Assembly: GCA_000091165.1 (NCBI GenBank)
Contig: FP565575.1
Location: 390,001 to 422,000 of the forward strand
Direction of reading: 5' to 3'
DNA from: Candidatus Methylomirabilis oxygeniifera
GTDB taxonomy: Bacteria > Methylomirabilota > Methylomirabilia > Methylomirabilales > Methylomirabilaceae
Length of the DNA: 32,000 bases
A model generated the notes under the pieces. That model was not told the origin of the DNA. It ran no database searches and saw nothing but the letters and a program-made list of their open reading frames with translations. This document shows, piece by piece, positions 1 through 7,341 of this stretch. The position numbers were made by a program, and so were the translations under genes. The stretch's first letter is position 1. Each line of letters begins with the position of its first letter.

Positions 1-648
1 TCTAACTTCGCCTTGACCCGCTATGAGGGCGATGCCGCCGTCCTCATGGTGCTGACCGCCGGGACCGGCTCCGGCATGGTGACCAGCGATGTGCCGGGGA
101 TCGACTGCGAGCCGGACTGCAAGGCGAGTTACGCGCAACAGATGACCGTCACCCTCACGGCGGTCGCCGATCCGGGGTCGGTCTTTGCCGGCTACTCGGG
201 CGATCCCGGTTGCGAGGACGGCATCGTCACCATGAATAGCGACACCACCTGTATCGCCACCTTCAACCTCCTGACAGCCGGTCCCGACCTCACCGGAACC
301 TGGCGGAGCCTGATCCAGAGCTGCAAGGGCGAGGGGGTCGAGCAGAAGTGTAAACTCAAAGGAAAGGTACAGATCCACAACGTGGGGACCGCGAAGGCTC
401 CCAGTGGATCCTTCCTGCGGTTCTACCTCTCGGCTGATCCGGTATGGGATGGCAGCGACACCCTCCTGCAGCAGGTGTCCGTCAGCAGTCTGAAACCGGG
501 AAAGACTAAGAGCAAGAAGATCAAGTATCGACAGCCGACCAGTCAGACCGCCAAGGGGCTGTACCTCCTCGCCGTCCTCGATGTCACCGGGCTCATGGCG
601 GAGCTGGACGAGACGAACAATCTGGTGGTCTTCGGGCCGATTCCGTAG
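1..648 (+). CDS. C-terminal fragment of a secreted/cell-surface protein (divergent InlB B-repeat-like Cys module followed by a CARDB-like beta-sandwich domain); 5' end lies outside the window
   Basis: Frame 1 is open from base 1 (tct aac ttc gcc ttg...), so the track start at 13 is an artefact. The segment GxDCxPDCxxxYxxxxxVTLTAxAxPGSVFAGYSGD..C....TCIATF resembles the InlB-type B-repeat module. LTGTW...VQIHNVGTAKA...FYLSAD...ETNNL resembles CARDB. Stop at 646-648. Confidence 0.55.
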   Translation, partial: SNFALTRYEGDAAVLMVLTAGTGSGMVTSDVPGIDCEPDCKASYAQQMTVTLTAVADPGSVFAGYSGDPGCEDGIVTMNSDTTCIATFNLLTAGPDLTGTWRSLIQSCKGEGVEQKCKLKGKVQIHNVGTAKAPSGSFLRFYLSADPVWDGSDTLLQQVSVSSLKPGKTKSKKIKYRQPTSQTAKGLYLLAVLDVTGLMAELDETNNLVVFGPIP

Positions 649-755
649 GTCGAGACCCTTATTTGCAGATCAACCTTCCGATTGGGCTTGCCCCCGGCGT
701 GTGAATTTGATATACATGGACACGGTTTAATAACGAATAATCAATAGAGGGCGGT

Positions 756-1475
756 GTGGGGAAGAGCCGATATATCGCGATGGTGCTGGCGAGCCTCGTC
801 TTGCTGTCGGTAAGGCCGGCATCGGGGGAGATCTATTTCCGAACCGACGAGGATGGGTTTGTGCACTTTACTAACGTACCGACGACACCGCAACACAGGC
901 GGCTTCAACCGGGAGTGTTGCCTCCTACCACCAAACTGACCAGTGCGAACATGTCGGAGCTGATCAACGCCCTCGGCGCTGAGTATGGGCTTGATCCTGC
1001 TCTGATTCGGGCCGTCATTCAGGTGGAGTCGAACTTTAACCGCAAGGCTGTCTCGCCTAAAGGCGCGCAGGGGCTGATGCAACTGATGCCGGCCACTATC
1101 TGGCGCTTCTCAGTGGGAGACGCCTATGATCCTCATGAGAACATCGGGGCGGGCGCCCGATACCTCCGCCAGCTTCTGGACCTATTTCGCGGGGATCTGA
1201 CGCTGGCGCTGGCCGCCTATAACGCCGGAGAAAACGCCGTACTCCGGTATAAGGGAATACCGCCCTATGCGGAGACCCGGGACTATGTGGCGAAAGTCCT
1301 CAGTCTGTACCGGCGCGGGCAACGAGAGCGCCACGCCGGCGGGCCGATCGAGACGGTTGCCCAGGTGATTGCGGCACAGCCGCCGCCCCCTCCGCCGCCA
1401 CCGTCCATCTATAAGGCGGAGGCGTCCGATACCATCCTGTACACGAATATCCCACCGATCGTCCAGTCTCCTTAG
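756..1475 (+). CDS. Lytic murein transglycosylase (SLT/GH23 domain) with N-terminal signal peptide and C-terminal polyproline tract
   Basis: GTG start preceded by AGAGGGCGG. Hydrophobic N-terminus ending SVRPASG. SLT motifs VIQVESNFN...GAQGLMQLMP...AAYNAGENAV. Run of eight Pro codons at 1380-1403. Confidence 0.85.
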   Translation: MGKSRYIAMVLASLVLLSVRPASGEIYFRTDEDGFVHFTNVPTTPQHRRLQPGVLPPTTKLTSANMSELINALGAEYGLDPALIRAVIQVESNFNRKAVSPKGAQGLMQLMPATIWRFSVGDAYDPHENIGAGARYLRQLLDLFRGDLTLALAAYNAGENAVLRYKGIPPYAETRDYVAKVLSLYRRGQRERHAGGPIETVAQVIAAQPPPPPPPPSIYKAEASDTILYTNIPPIVQSP

Positions 1476-1648
1476 GTATCTGACGGGTAGTCATTAGCCG
1501 CCGTTGTGATCCTGGATGTACACCTCTGTATCGTTTGATCGTTAACCCCGTCCGCACGTCAGTTTTCAGTGCGGCTCCTTTGACGGGAGCCCAGGCAACG
1601 GTTGAATCTGCTGGAGGTCCATTCCCCTCGGATTGCCACGAGTTCGTC

Positions 1649-1668
1649 ATACCGGCGGAAGCCGGTAT
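1649..1668. repeat. REP-like perfect hairpin ATACCGGC-GGAA-GCCGGTAT in the gap between convergent genes
   Basis: 8-bp perfect stem with a GNRA-type loop. It gives rise to the spurious peptide motif IPAEAGI / PASAGMT in overlapping track ORFs, which is typical of palindromic extragenic elements. Confidence 0.5.
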
Positions 1669-1684
1669 CCGGTTCCAACGGCCG

Positions 1685-2032
1685 TTAACGAAGCAATTGT
1701 TCGTACGTTGCAGCGTCAAAGCCGACAACGAGCGTGCGGCCCTTCCGGAAGGTCGGAGCTCGCAGGCCCCCAGTCGGTCCCATCAGGAGTGCCAGAAGTT
1801 CGGTCCTGCCGGGCTTATCTTTCCGTAGATCTATATAGACACGCTTCTGCCCTTTCGTCGCGTAGATCTCGTCCACCTCTTGGACCAGCGCGAGCGCGTC
1901 TTTCTCCTTCAGGGTCTGTTTTTTCGCATCTATCTGCAACACGATTTCGATGCGATGTTGCGCAAGAAACTCTTGCGCCTTGACGCAGCCCTTTCATCCG
2001 GGGCGGTGGTACCTCCAATCGATTCGTCCCAT
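1685..2032 (-). CDS. ArsC/Spx-family thioredoxin-fold protein, candidate selenoprotein (in-frame TGA at 1996-1994 read as Sec; predicted MGRIDWRYHRPG-U-KGCVKAQEFLAQHRIEIVLQID...)
   Basis: ATG at 2032-2030 is preceded by GGAGGAGG with a 5-nt spacer. The TGA is in frame with track ORF 1685..1942 (2032-1942=90). The TGA sits at the first Cys position of the family CxxC motif. The C-terminal LRAPTFRKGRTLVVGFD matches the ArsC-family KRP..V.G..vGF signature. Confidence 0.6.
1951..1987 (-). promoter_or_regulatory. Candidate bacterial SECIS element downstream of the in-frame UGA
   Basis: On the minus strand: UGA-AAGGGC-[UGCG]-UCAAG-[GCGCAAG]-AGUUU-[CUUGCGC]-AACAU-[CGCA]. Perfect 7-bp upper stem (1978-1960), 4-bp lower stem, apical loop containing GU about 22 nt after the UGA. 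Confidence 0.45.
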
Positions 2033-2243
2033 TAAGACCTCCTCCATTAGGCCATTATGATGCGTACAGGCGGTCCATGGTGTACACTCACGGGTTCCAC
2101 CGAGGGCGTATTACTCGCGCAACAGCGGCTGAAAACGCATCTGACCATCGATCCCTCAGTATGGTGTCGGCGCCCCATCGTGACGGATGCCGGAGTTGTG
2201 TGCAAGGAGAAAGTTACTCTATTCTGGGATAGCCGAAAAAAGC

Positions 2244-2272
2244 TTGACATGATGATCTGCTCAAATTAGATT
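2244..2272 (+). promoter_or_regulatory. Sigma70-type promoter candidate for the fae operon (TTGACA-17 nt-TAGATT)
   Basis: Consensus -35 TTGACA at 2244-2249, 17-nt spacer, TAGATT at 2267-2272, about 85 nt upstream of the fae start. Confidence 0.5.
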
Positions 2273-2356
2273 AGATACTTCGCGTCTAAGCAATGATCTG
2301 TCGTTGTGAGCGATAACCTTAACTGGAAATGGTGGAAAGGAGAAGGAGGAATGTCG

Positions 2357-2851
2357 ATGCGTGATATCATGGTTGGCGAGTCATTGGCAGGTGACGGTAA
2401 TGAGGTGGCCCACATTGATCTGATGATCGGTCCCAAGAACGGTCCGGTCGGCGCCGTCATGGCACAGCGTCTTGCTCAGCAGAGTGCGGGCCACAGCGCC
2501 CTCCTGGCGGTCGTGGCGCCGAATTTGCTGGCGAAGCCTGCGACGGTCATGTTCAACAAGGTGACGATCAAGGGGGCAAAGCAGGCGGTCCAGATGTTCG
2601 GCCCGGCCCAGGCGGCCGTGGCGAAGGCCGTGGTGGACAGCGTCGCAGAGGGTGTGATCCCCGCGAAGGATGCTGAAGATCTGGCGATCGTTGTCGGTGT
2701 CTTCATCCACTGGGAAGCCGATGACAATAAGAAGATCTTCGACTACAACTATCAGGCGACTAAAGAGTCGATCGCGCGGGCATTGGCAGAGCAGCCCTCG
2801 ATGAGCGAGATCCTGGCGCAGAAGGATAAGGTCAAGCATCCATTCGCGTAG
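2357..2851 (+). CDS. fae: Formaldehyde-activating enzyme (5,6,7,8-tetrahydromethanopterin hydro-lyase)
   Basis: GESLAGDGNEVAHIDLMIGPK...MFNKVTIKGAKQAVQMFGPAQ...VGVFIHWEA...HPFA closely matches the Methylobacterium Fae signature. I prefer the ATG at 2357 (GGAGG 7 nt upstream) to the track GTG at 2306. Confidence 0.93.
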   Translation: MRDIMVGESLAGDGNEVAHIDLMIGPKNGPVGAVMAQRLAQQSAGHSALLAVVAPNLLAKPATVMFNKVTIKGAKQAVQMFGPAQAAVAKAVVDSVAEGVIPAKDAEDLAIVVGVFIHWEADDNKKIFDYNYQATKESIARALAEQPSMSEILAQKDKVKHPFA

Positions 2852-2899
2852 TCGGATCGATACGAGGTAAGATTACAGAGTAGAATCACCTATATCGAA

Positions 2900-2966
2900 G
2901 GGGGCTGCCGGGCGAGCGTTGAGGGTCTGATCGACCCCTTGCCCGTCGGCCCCTTTGATTTGTTTC
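2900..2966 (+). terminator. Intrinsic terminator/attenuator between fae and mtdB
   Basis: About 17-bp GC-rich stem (2900-2916 pairs with 2938-2954; one mismatch, two G-U pairs), followed by TTTGATTTGTTT. Confidence 0.55.
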
Positions 2967-2981
2967 GTTGAGTGAGGACCT

Positions 2982-3866
2982 ATGGCGACCGAGCGAAAGC
3001 ATCTACTCTATTTTTTGACGACGGAAACCCAACCGAGTCCGTTTGACATCAACATGGCGTACGATGCGGGCTTCCACGCCGTGATTCCATATGGTGGTGT
3101 GAATGAGGAGTCTGCAGTCCTGCTGGTGCAGGATATTATCTTCTCTCGAGGACCGAAAGGCGCCAAGTTCAGCGCGCTCTTCATCGGGGGTAACGACATA
3201 GACTCGGCCGAGCGGGTCCGTCAAGCCGCCGCAAAGAGTATGTTTCCCCCTTTCCAGGTGTCGATGATGATCGATCCCAAGGGGTCCTATACGACGGCCG
3301 TCGCGCTGGTCGCCAAGGCAGAGAAGGCACTGGGCGGATTGCGCGGCAAACAGGTAGCTATCCCTGGTGGAACAGGCCCAGTGGGTATCGTGGCAGCGAC
3401 CCTCTGTGTGAAGCTAGGAGCCGAAGTCATTATCGGCTCCAGACAACTGAGCGGCGTAGAGCGTCTGGCTCAGCGGCTCTCAGCGCAGACGGGAGGCTCC
3501 GTAAAGGGCGCCGCGATGGCGACGGACGAGGACAAGATCTCGCACCTGCGTAGCGCCGATGTGATCCTGACGACCGGTAAGGCGGGTATCCAGATGATTT
3601 CCGAGGCGGTCCTGAACGCGCTCCCGTCGGGGAAGCTCGTGGCCGACGTTAATGCTGTTCCTCCGACCGGTATCCATAACCTGGCGCCGAATGACGACCT
3701 CAAAGAGGTTGTGCCTGGTATCAGGGGCATCGGGGCGCTGGCGGTTGGGGTTCTGAAGTATGATGTCGAGATCGAGATGCTCGAAACAATCCGAACCTCA
3801 GAGAAGTGTGTGGTGCTCGACGAGACGAAAGCCCTGGAGATTGCCCAAAGACGGCTGTCCGTCTGA
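2982..3866 (+). CDS. mtdB: NAD(P)-dependent methylene-tetrahydromethanopterin dehydrogenase (MtdB/MtdA family)
   Basis: About 294 aa. Family-typical N-terminus (FDINMAYDAGF) and Rossmann motif GGTGPVG. Located between fae and the fhc genes. Confidence 0.85.
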   Translation: MATERKHLLYFLTTETQPSPFDINMAYDAGFHAVIPYGGVNEESAVLLVQDIIFSRGPKGAKFSALFIGGNDIDSAERVRQAAAKSMFPPFQVSMMIDPKGSYTTAVALVAKAEKALGGLRGKQVAIPGGTGPVGIVAATLCVKLGAEVIIGSRQLSGVERLAQRLSAQTGGSVKGAAMATDEDKISHLRSADVILTTGKAGIQMISEAVLNALPSGKLVADVNAVPPTGIHNLAPNDDLKEVVPGIRGIGALAVGVLKYDVEIEMLETIRTSEKCVVLDETKALEIAQRRLSV

Positions 3867-3959
3867 GAGCCGTATGGTGAGGTGAGTAAATAATAGGTGG
3901 TGCTGTGATCTTATCGGTTGTGTGGTAAGATTTTATTATCGGATAGGAGCGAGAATCAG

Positions 3960-4298
3960 GTGCCCGAGACACAGTTTATATTGATCACCGGCCGATCGAC
4001 CAAGCAGGGAAGTTCAGCCCATCTCGGGAAGGACGCCCAGGAGTACCGGGACGAGGTCTCGACCTTGCAGATGAACCTCAAGGATATCGAAGCGATAGGA
4101 TTACAGGATGGGGTTCAGGCGCGGGTCACATCGAACTACGGTTCGATCGTGGTCAAATTGAAGAAAACCGATATCCCGCAGGGAATCGTCTTTATTCCTT
4201 ATGGAGAACTGAGTAACGCCCTGATCGGTCCGGATACCCAGGCTACAGGGATGCCGGATTCAAAGGGGATCACGGTGGAGGTTGGACGCCATGACTGA
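3960..4298 (+). CDS. Formylmethanofuran dehydrogenase subunit D-like protein (molybdopterin-dinucleotide-binding beta-barrel domain)
   Basis: ILITGRSTKQG...GVQARVTSNYGSIVVKLKKTD.PQGIVFIPYG...TGMPDSKG matches the FwdD/FmdD pattern. GTG at 3960 with AGGAGCGAG upstream is preferred to the track start at 3918. The stop overlaps the next start (ATGACTGA). Confidence 0.8.
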   Translation: MPETQFILITGRSTKQGSSAHLGKDAQEYRDEVSTLQMNLKDIEAIGLQDGVQARVTSNYGSIVVKLKKTDIPQGIVFIPYGELSNALIGPDTQATGMPDSKGITVEVGRHD

Positions 4299-5646
4299 GA
4301 GCGTTGCCGTGAAAGAGCCGGCTGTGAAAGAACCGTATGTGATGACGGGCGTCGTCTGCCCCTTCTGCGGTGTGACGTGTGACGATCTGGAGGTCAAGGT
4401 CGAGGACGGAAAGATCACGGAGGTCAAAAACGCCTGCGTCCTGGGTAAAGCCACCTTTCTCCATCACCTGGAGGGGTTGTCGACCCCGAGGCTGTATGGA
4501 AAACCGGCCACCGTTGATGAATGTATCGACGCGGCCGCAGAGGTTCTCGCGAAGGCCAAGTATCCCCTCATCTATGGGCTCGACTCGACCGAGCTGGGCG
4601 CGCAGCGGGCGTCGATCGAGCTGGCCGATCTGATCGGTGCGAATATCGACCACACCTCATCGGTCTGCCACGCGCCGAGCTATCAGGCGGTGATGACCGT
4701 CGGCATCCCGACCTGCACGTCGGGAGAGACGAAGAACCGGGCCGATCTGGTGATCTTCTGGGGATGTAATCCGGCCGAGGCGCATCCACGGCATGCCACC
4801 CGGTACTCGGTGACCGTGAAGGGGATGTTCGTCCCCAAGGGGAAGAAGGACCGGACGGTCATTCAGGTCGATGTCAGGCCGACGCCGACCACACGAATTG
4901 CCGATGCCTTCATCCAGATGAAACCGAACTCCGACTACGAGGTCATTTCTGCACTCAGGGCGCTCGTGAAGGGCCACGAACTGCCGCAGGCTGAGGTCGG
5001 GGGAATACCGGTCGATGAATTGAAAGCCCTGGTAGAAAAGATGAAGAGCTGTAAGTTCGGGATCGTCTACTGGGGGATGGGCCTGACTCAGACCAGGGGT
5101 AAATATCTGAATCTCGTCGCGCTGCTCAAGCTCGCTCAGGATCTCAACGAGTTTACAAAATTTTCGTGCGCGGCGATGCGAGGTCATGGCAATGTCGTGG
5201 GAATGGCTCAAGTACTGACATGGCAAACCGGTTTCCCCTTCCACGTCAATATGAGTCGCGGCTATCCTCGATTCAACCCTGGGGAATTCTCGGTGGTCGA
5301 TCTATTGGCCCGTAAAGAGATCGATGCCGCATTGATTGTTGCCGGCGACGCCATCGGGAACTTTCCCGGGAGCATGGCAGAGCATCTGAAATCGATCCCG
5401 CTGATTGCCATCGATCCCAAAGAGAGCGATACGACCAGAGTGGCTGACATTGTCATTCCGTCAGCGCAGGGAGCCATCGGCGCCGGGGGGATGGCGTACA
5501 GGATGGACCATATCCCCCTGATGTTCAAAAAGGTGGTTGAGTCACCCTACCCATCGGATCGGGAGATCATCGACCGCATCATCGCGAAGGTGAAGGCGAT
5601 GAAGAGTTGCGGTAACGGCGCTCCCGCCCCGGCCGGTAGAGGCTGA
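4291..5646 (+). CDS. fhcB: Formyltransferase/hydrolase complex subunit B, i.e. formylmethanofuran dehydrogenase subunit B homologue (molybdopterin-oxidoreductase fold)
   Basis: N-terminal CPFCGVTCDD...C (CX2CX3CX18C) and the SSVCHAPS motif. Position immediately before fhcA. ATG at 4291 with GGTGGAGG 8 nt upstream. Confidence 0.88.
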   Translation: MTESVAVKEPAVKEPYVMTGVVCPFCGVTCDDLEVKVEDGKITEVKNACVLGKATFLHHLEGLSTPRLYGKPATVDECIDAAAEVLAKAKYPLIYGLDSTELGAQRASIELADLIGANIDHTSSVCHAPSYQAVMTVGIPTCTSGETKNRADLVIFWGCNPAEAHPRHATRYSVTVKGMFVPKGKKDRTVIQVDVRPTPTTRIADAFIQMKPNSDYEVISALRALVKGHELPQAEVGGIPVDELKALVEKMKSCKFGIVYWGMGLTQTRGKYLNLVALLKLAQDLNEFTKFSCAAMRGHGNVVGMAQVLTWQTGFPFHVNMSRGYPRFNPGEFSVVDLLARKEIDAALIVAGDAIGNFPGSMAEHLKSIPLIAIDPKESDTTRVADIVIPSAQGAIGAGGMAYRMDHIPLMFKKVVESPYPSDREIIDRIIAKVKAMKSCGNGAPAPAGRG

Positions 5647-5658
5647 GGATAAATCGAC

Positions 5659-7305
5659 ATGGGACGCTCATTACGAATTGTCGGCGGTGAGGTCTACGAC
5701 CCGGCTAACGGGATCGATGGGGCCATTAAAGAGATCTGTGTTGAGGATGGAAAGATTGTAGAGTCCTGTACCAGGCCCGCTGAGGTGATTGACGCCGCGA
5801 ATCTGGTCATTATGCCGGGTGGTGTCGATATTCATACTCACGTCGGCAGTCCGGCGGTCAACGCGGCTCGCGGGTTCAGGCCGGAGGATCACCAGCGGAT
5901 GCATTTCCACTCAAAGCCCGCTGCCGGTATCAGGTCAGGCGTAGGCTCGACGGTCCCCTCCACCTTTGCGACCGGCTACCTGTATGCTCAGATGGGCTAT
6001 ACCACCGTGATGGAAGGCGCAAACGCGCCCATCGGTGTTCGGCATACCCATGAGGAGTTGATCGATATCCCGATCGTGGATAAGGGACTGTATATCGAAT
6101 TGGGGAGCAATGAGTTTATCCTGAAATTCATTAAGGCCGGCGAGATGGAGAAGGTCAAGCGATATGTCGCCTGGCTCCTCAGATCGTTGAAGGCGTATGG
6201 CGTCAAGCTGGTCAACCCCGGCGGGGTCGAGCAGTGGAAGTACGGCAAGGACGTGAAGAACCTGGACGATAAGGTCCACTACTTCGACGTCACGCCACGT
6301 CAGATCCTGAAGGCACTCGCCTGGGCCAACGAAAGCCTCGGATTGCCTCACTCGATCCACCTGCACGCCAATAGTCTGGGCACACCCAATAACTACCTGA
6401 CGACTCTGGACACGATGCGGACGCTTGAGGGCTCAAGACTCCATGTGGCGCACGCTCAGTTCCACAGTTACGGCGGAGAAAACTGGGGTGGTTTCTGCTC
6501 AAAGGCGGCCGAGATCGCGGAGTATATCAATACCCATCCCAACATCACGACGGACATCGGCCAGATCGTCTTTGGTGATGCCACGACCATCACGGCGGAC
6601 GGCCCGTGGCAGTACCGGTTGTATAAGCTCAGCAAGAATAAATGGTACAACCAGGACGTCGAGATCGAAACGGGATGTGGGATCGTTCCGTATACCTATC
6701 GGGAGAACAACTTTGTCAACGCCCTGCAATGGGCCATCGGGCTGGAGCTTTTCCTCCTGATCCGTGACCCGTGGCGAGTATTTCTTTCCACGGATCATCC
6801 CAACGGCGGCCCCTTCTACCTCTATCCCTGGATCATCAGGCTGCTCATGGATAAACCGTTCCGGGATGAGATGCTGAAGCGCGTCCATAAGCGTGTGTTG
6901 CCGGAGACGATGCTGTCGTCGCTTGACCGCGAGTATACCCTGAATGAGATCGCCATCATCTCCAGGGCGGGTCCCGCGAGAGCATTGGGGCTCACGCATA
7001 AGGGCCACCTGGGGGTGGGAGCGGATGCCGACATTACCATCTATTCCAAGGACAGCGATAAGGAGCAGATGTTCGAGCATCCCGTCTATGTCATCAAGGG
7101 CGGCGAGACGGTGCTTCGTGACGGCGAGATCATTCACAGCGTTGATGGTAAGACCCTGTTTGTGATCCCGCCTGAGGTCGGCGAGATGGACCCGACGTTC
7201 AAGACCGAATTCGAAAACTACTACACGATCCGGTACCAGAATTTCCCGATCGATATCGAGGACATCCCCCACCGAGAGGCGATTCCTGTGGGAGCGCCTC
7301 GATGA
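5659..7305 (+). CDS. fhcA: Formyltransferase/hydrolase complex subunit A (FwdA-like amidohydrolase)
   Basis: 548 aa. Amidohydrolase metal motif PGGVDIHTHV, with later HLH and HAQFH motifs. GAGGA SD upstream. Confidence 0.92.
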   Translation: MGRSLRIVGGEVYDPANGIDGAIKEICVEDGKIVESCTRPAEVIDAANLVIMPGGVDIHTHVGSPAVNAARGFRPEDHQRMHFHSKPAAGIRSGVGSTVPSTFATGYLYAQMGYTTVMEGANAPIGVRHTHEELIDIPIVDKGLYIELGSNEFILKFIKAGEMEKVKRYVAWLLRSLKAYGVKLVNPGGVEQWKYGKDVKNLDDKVHYFDVTPRQILKALAWANESLGLPHSIHLHANSLGTPNNYLTTLDTMRTLEGSRLHVAHAQFHSYGGENWGGFCSKAAEIAEYINTHPNITTDIGQIVFGDATTITADGPWQYRLYKLSKNKWYNQDVEIETGCGIVPYTYRENNFVNALQWAIGLELFLLIRDPWRVFLSTDHPNGGPFYLYPWIIRLLMDKPFRDEMLKRVHKRVLPETMLSSLDREYTLNEIAIISRAGPARALGLTHKGHLGVGADADITIYSKDSDKEQMFEHPVYVIKGGETVLRDGEIIHSVDGKTLFVIPPEVGEMDPTFKTEFENYYTIRYQNFPIDIEDIPHREAIPVGAPR

Positions 7306-7341
7306 CCTCGATGACATTGTGGTGGATCTGACGGAGACGCG

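Noticed and set aside
1535-1983. Plus-strand ORFs 1535..1828 and 1633..1983, and minus-strand ORF 1300..1728
   Set aside because: They run across the REP-like hairpin and antisense to the ArsC-like gene. They have no SD, no domain signatures and a biased composition.
2047-2243. A spacer of about 200 nt between the divergent ArsC-like gene and the fae promoter. I examined it for a riboswitch, a small RNA or small ORFs (track ORFs 2057..2269 and 2047..2250).
   Set aside because: I found only a 7-bp long-range complement (GATGCGT 2058-2064 / ACGCATC 2134-2140) and no motif I recognise. The small ORFs lack an SD and any family resemblance. It is probably a divergent promoter/regulatory region, but I cannot support a specific call.
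7297-7314. Tandem 9-nt duplication CCTCGATGA CCTCGATGA at the fhcA stop codon
   Set aside because: This is a small slippage duplication that merely creates a second in-frame TGA. No functional implication is evident.
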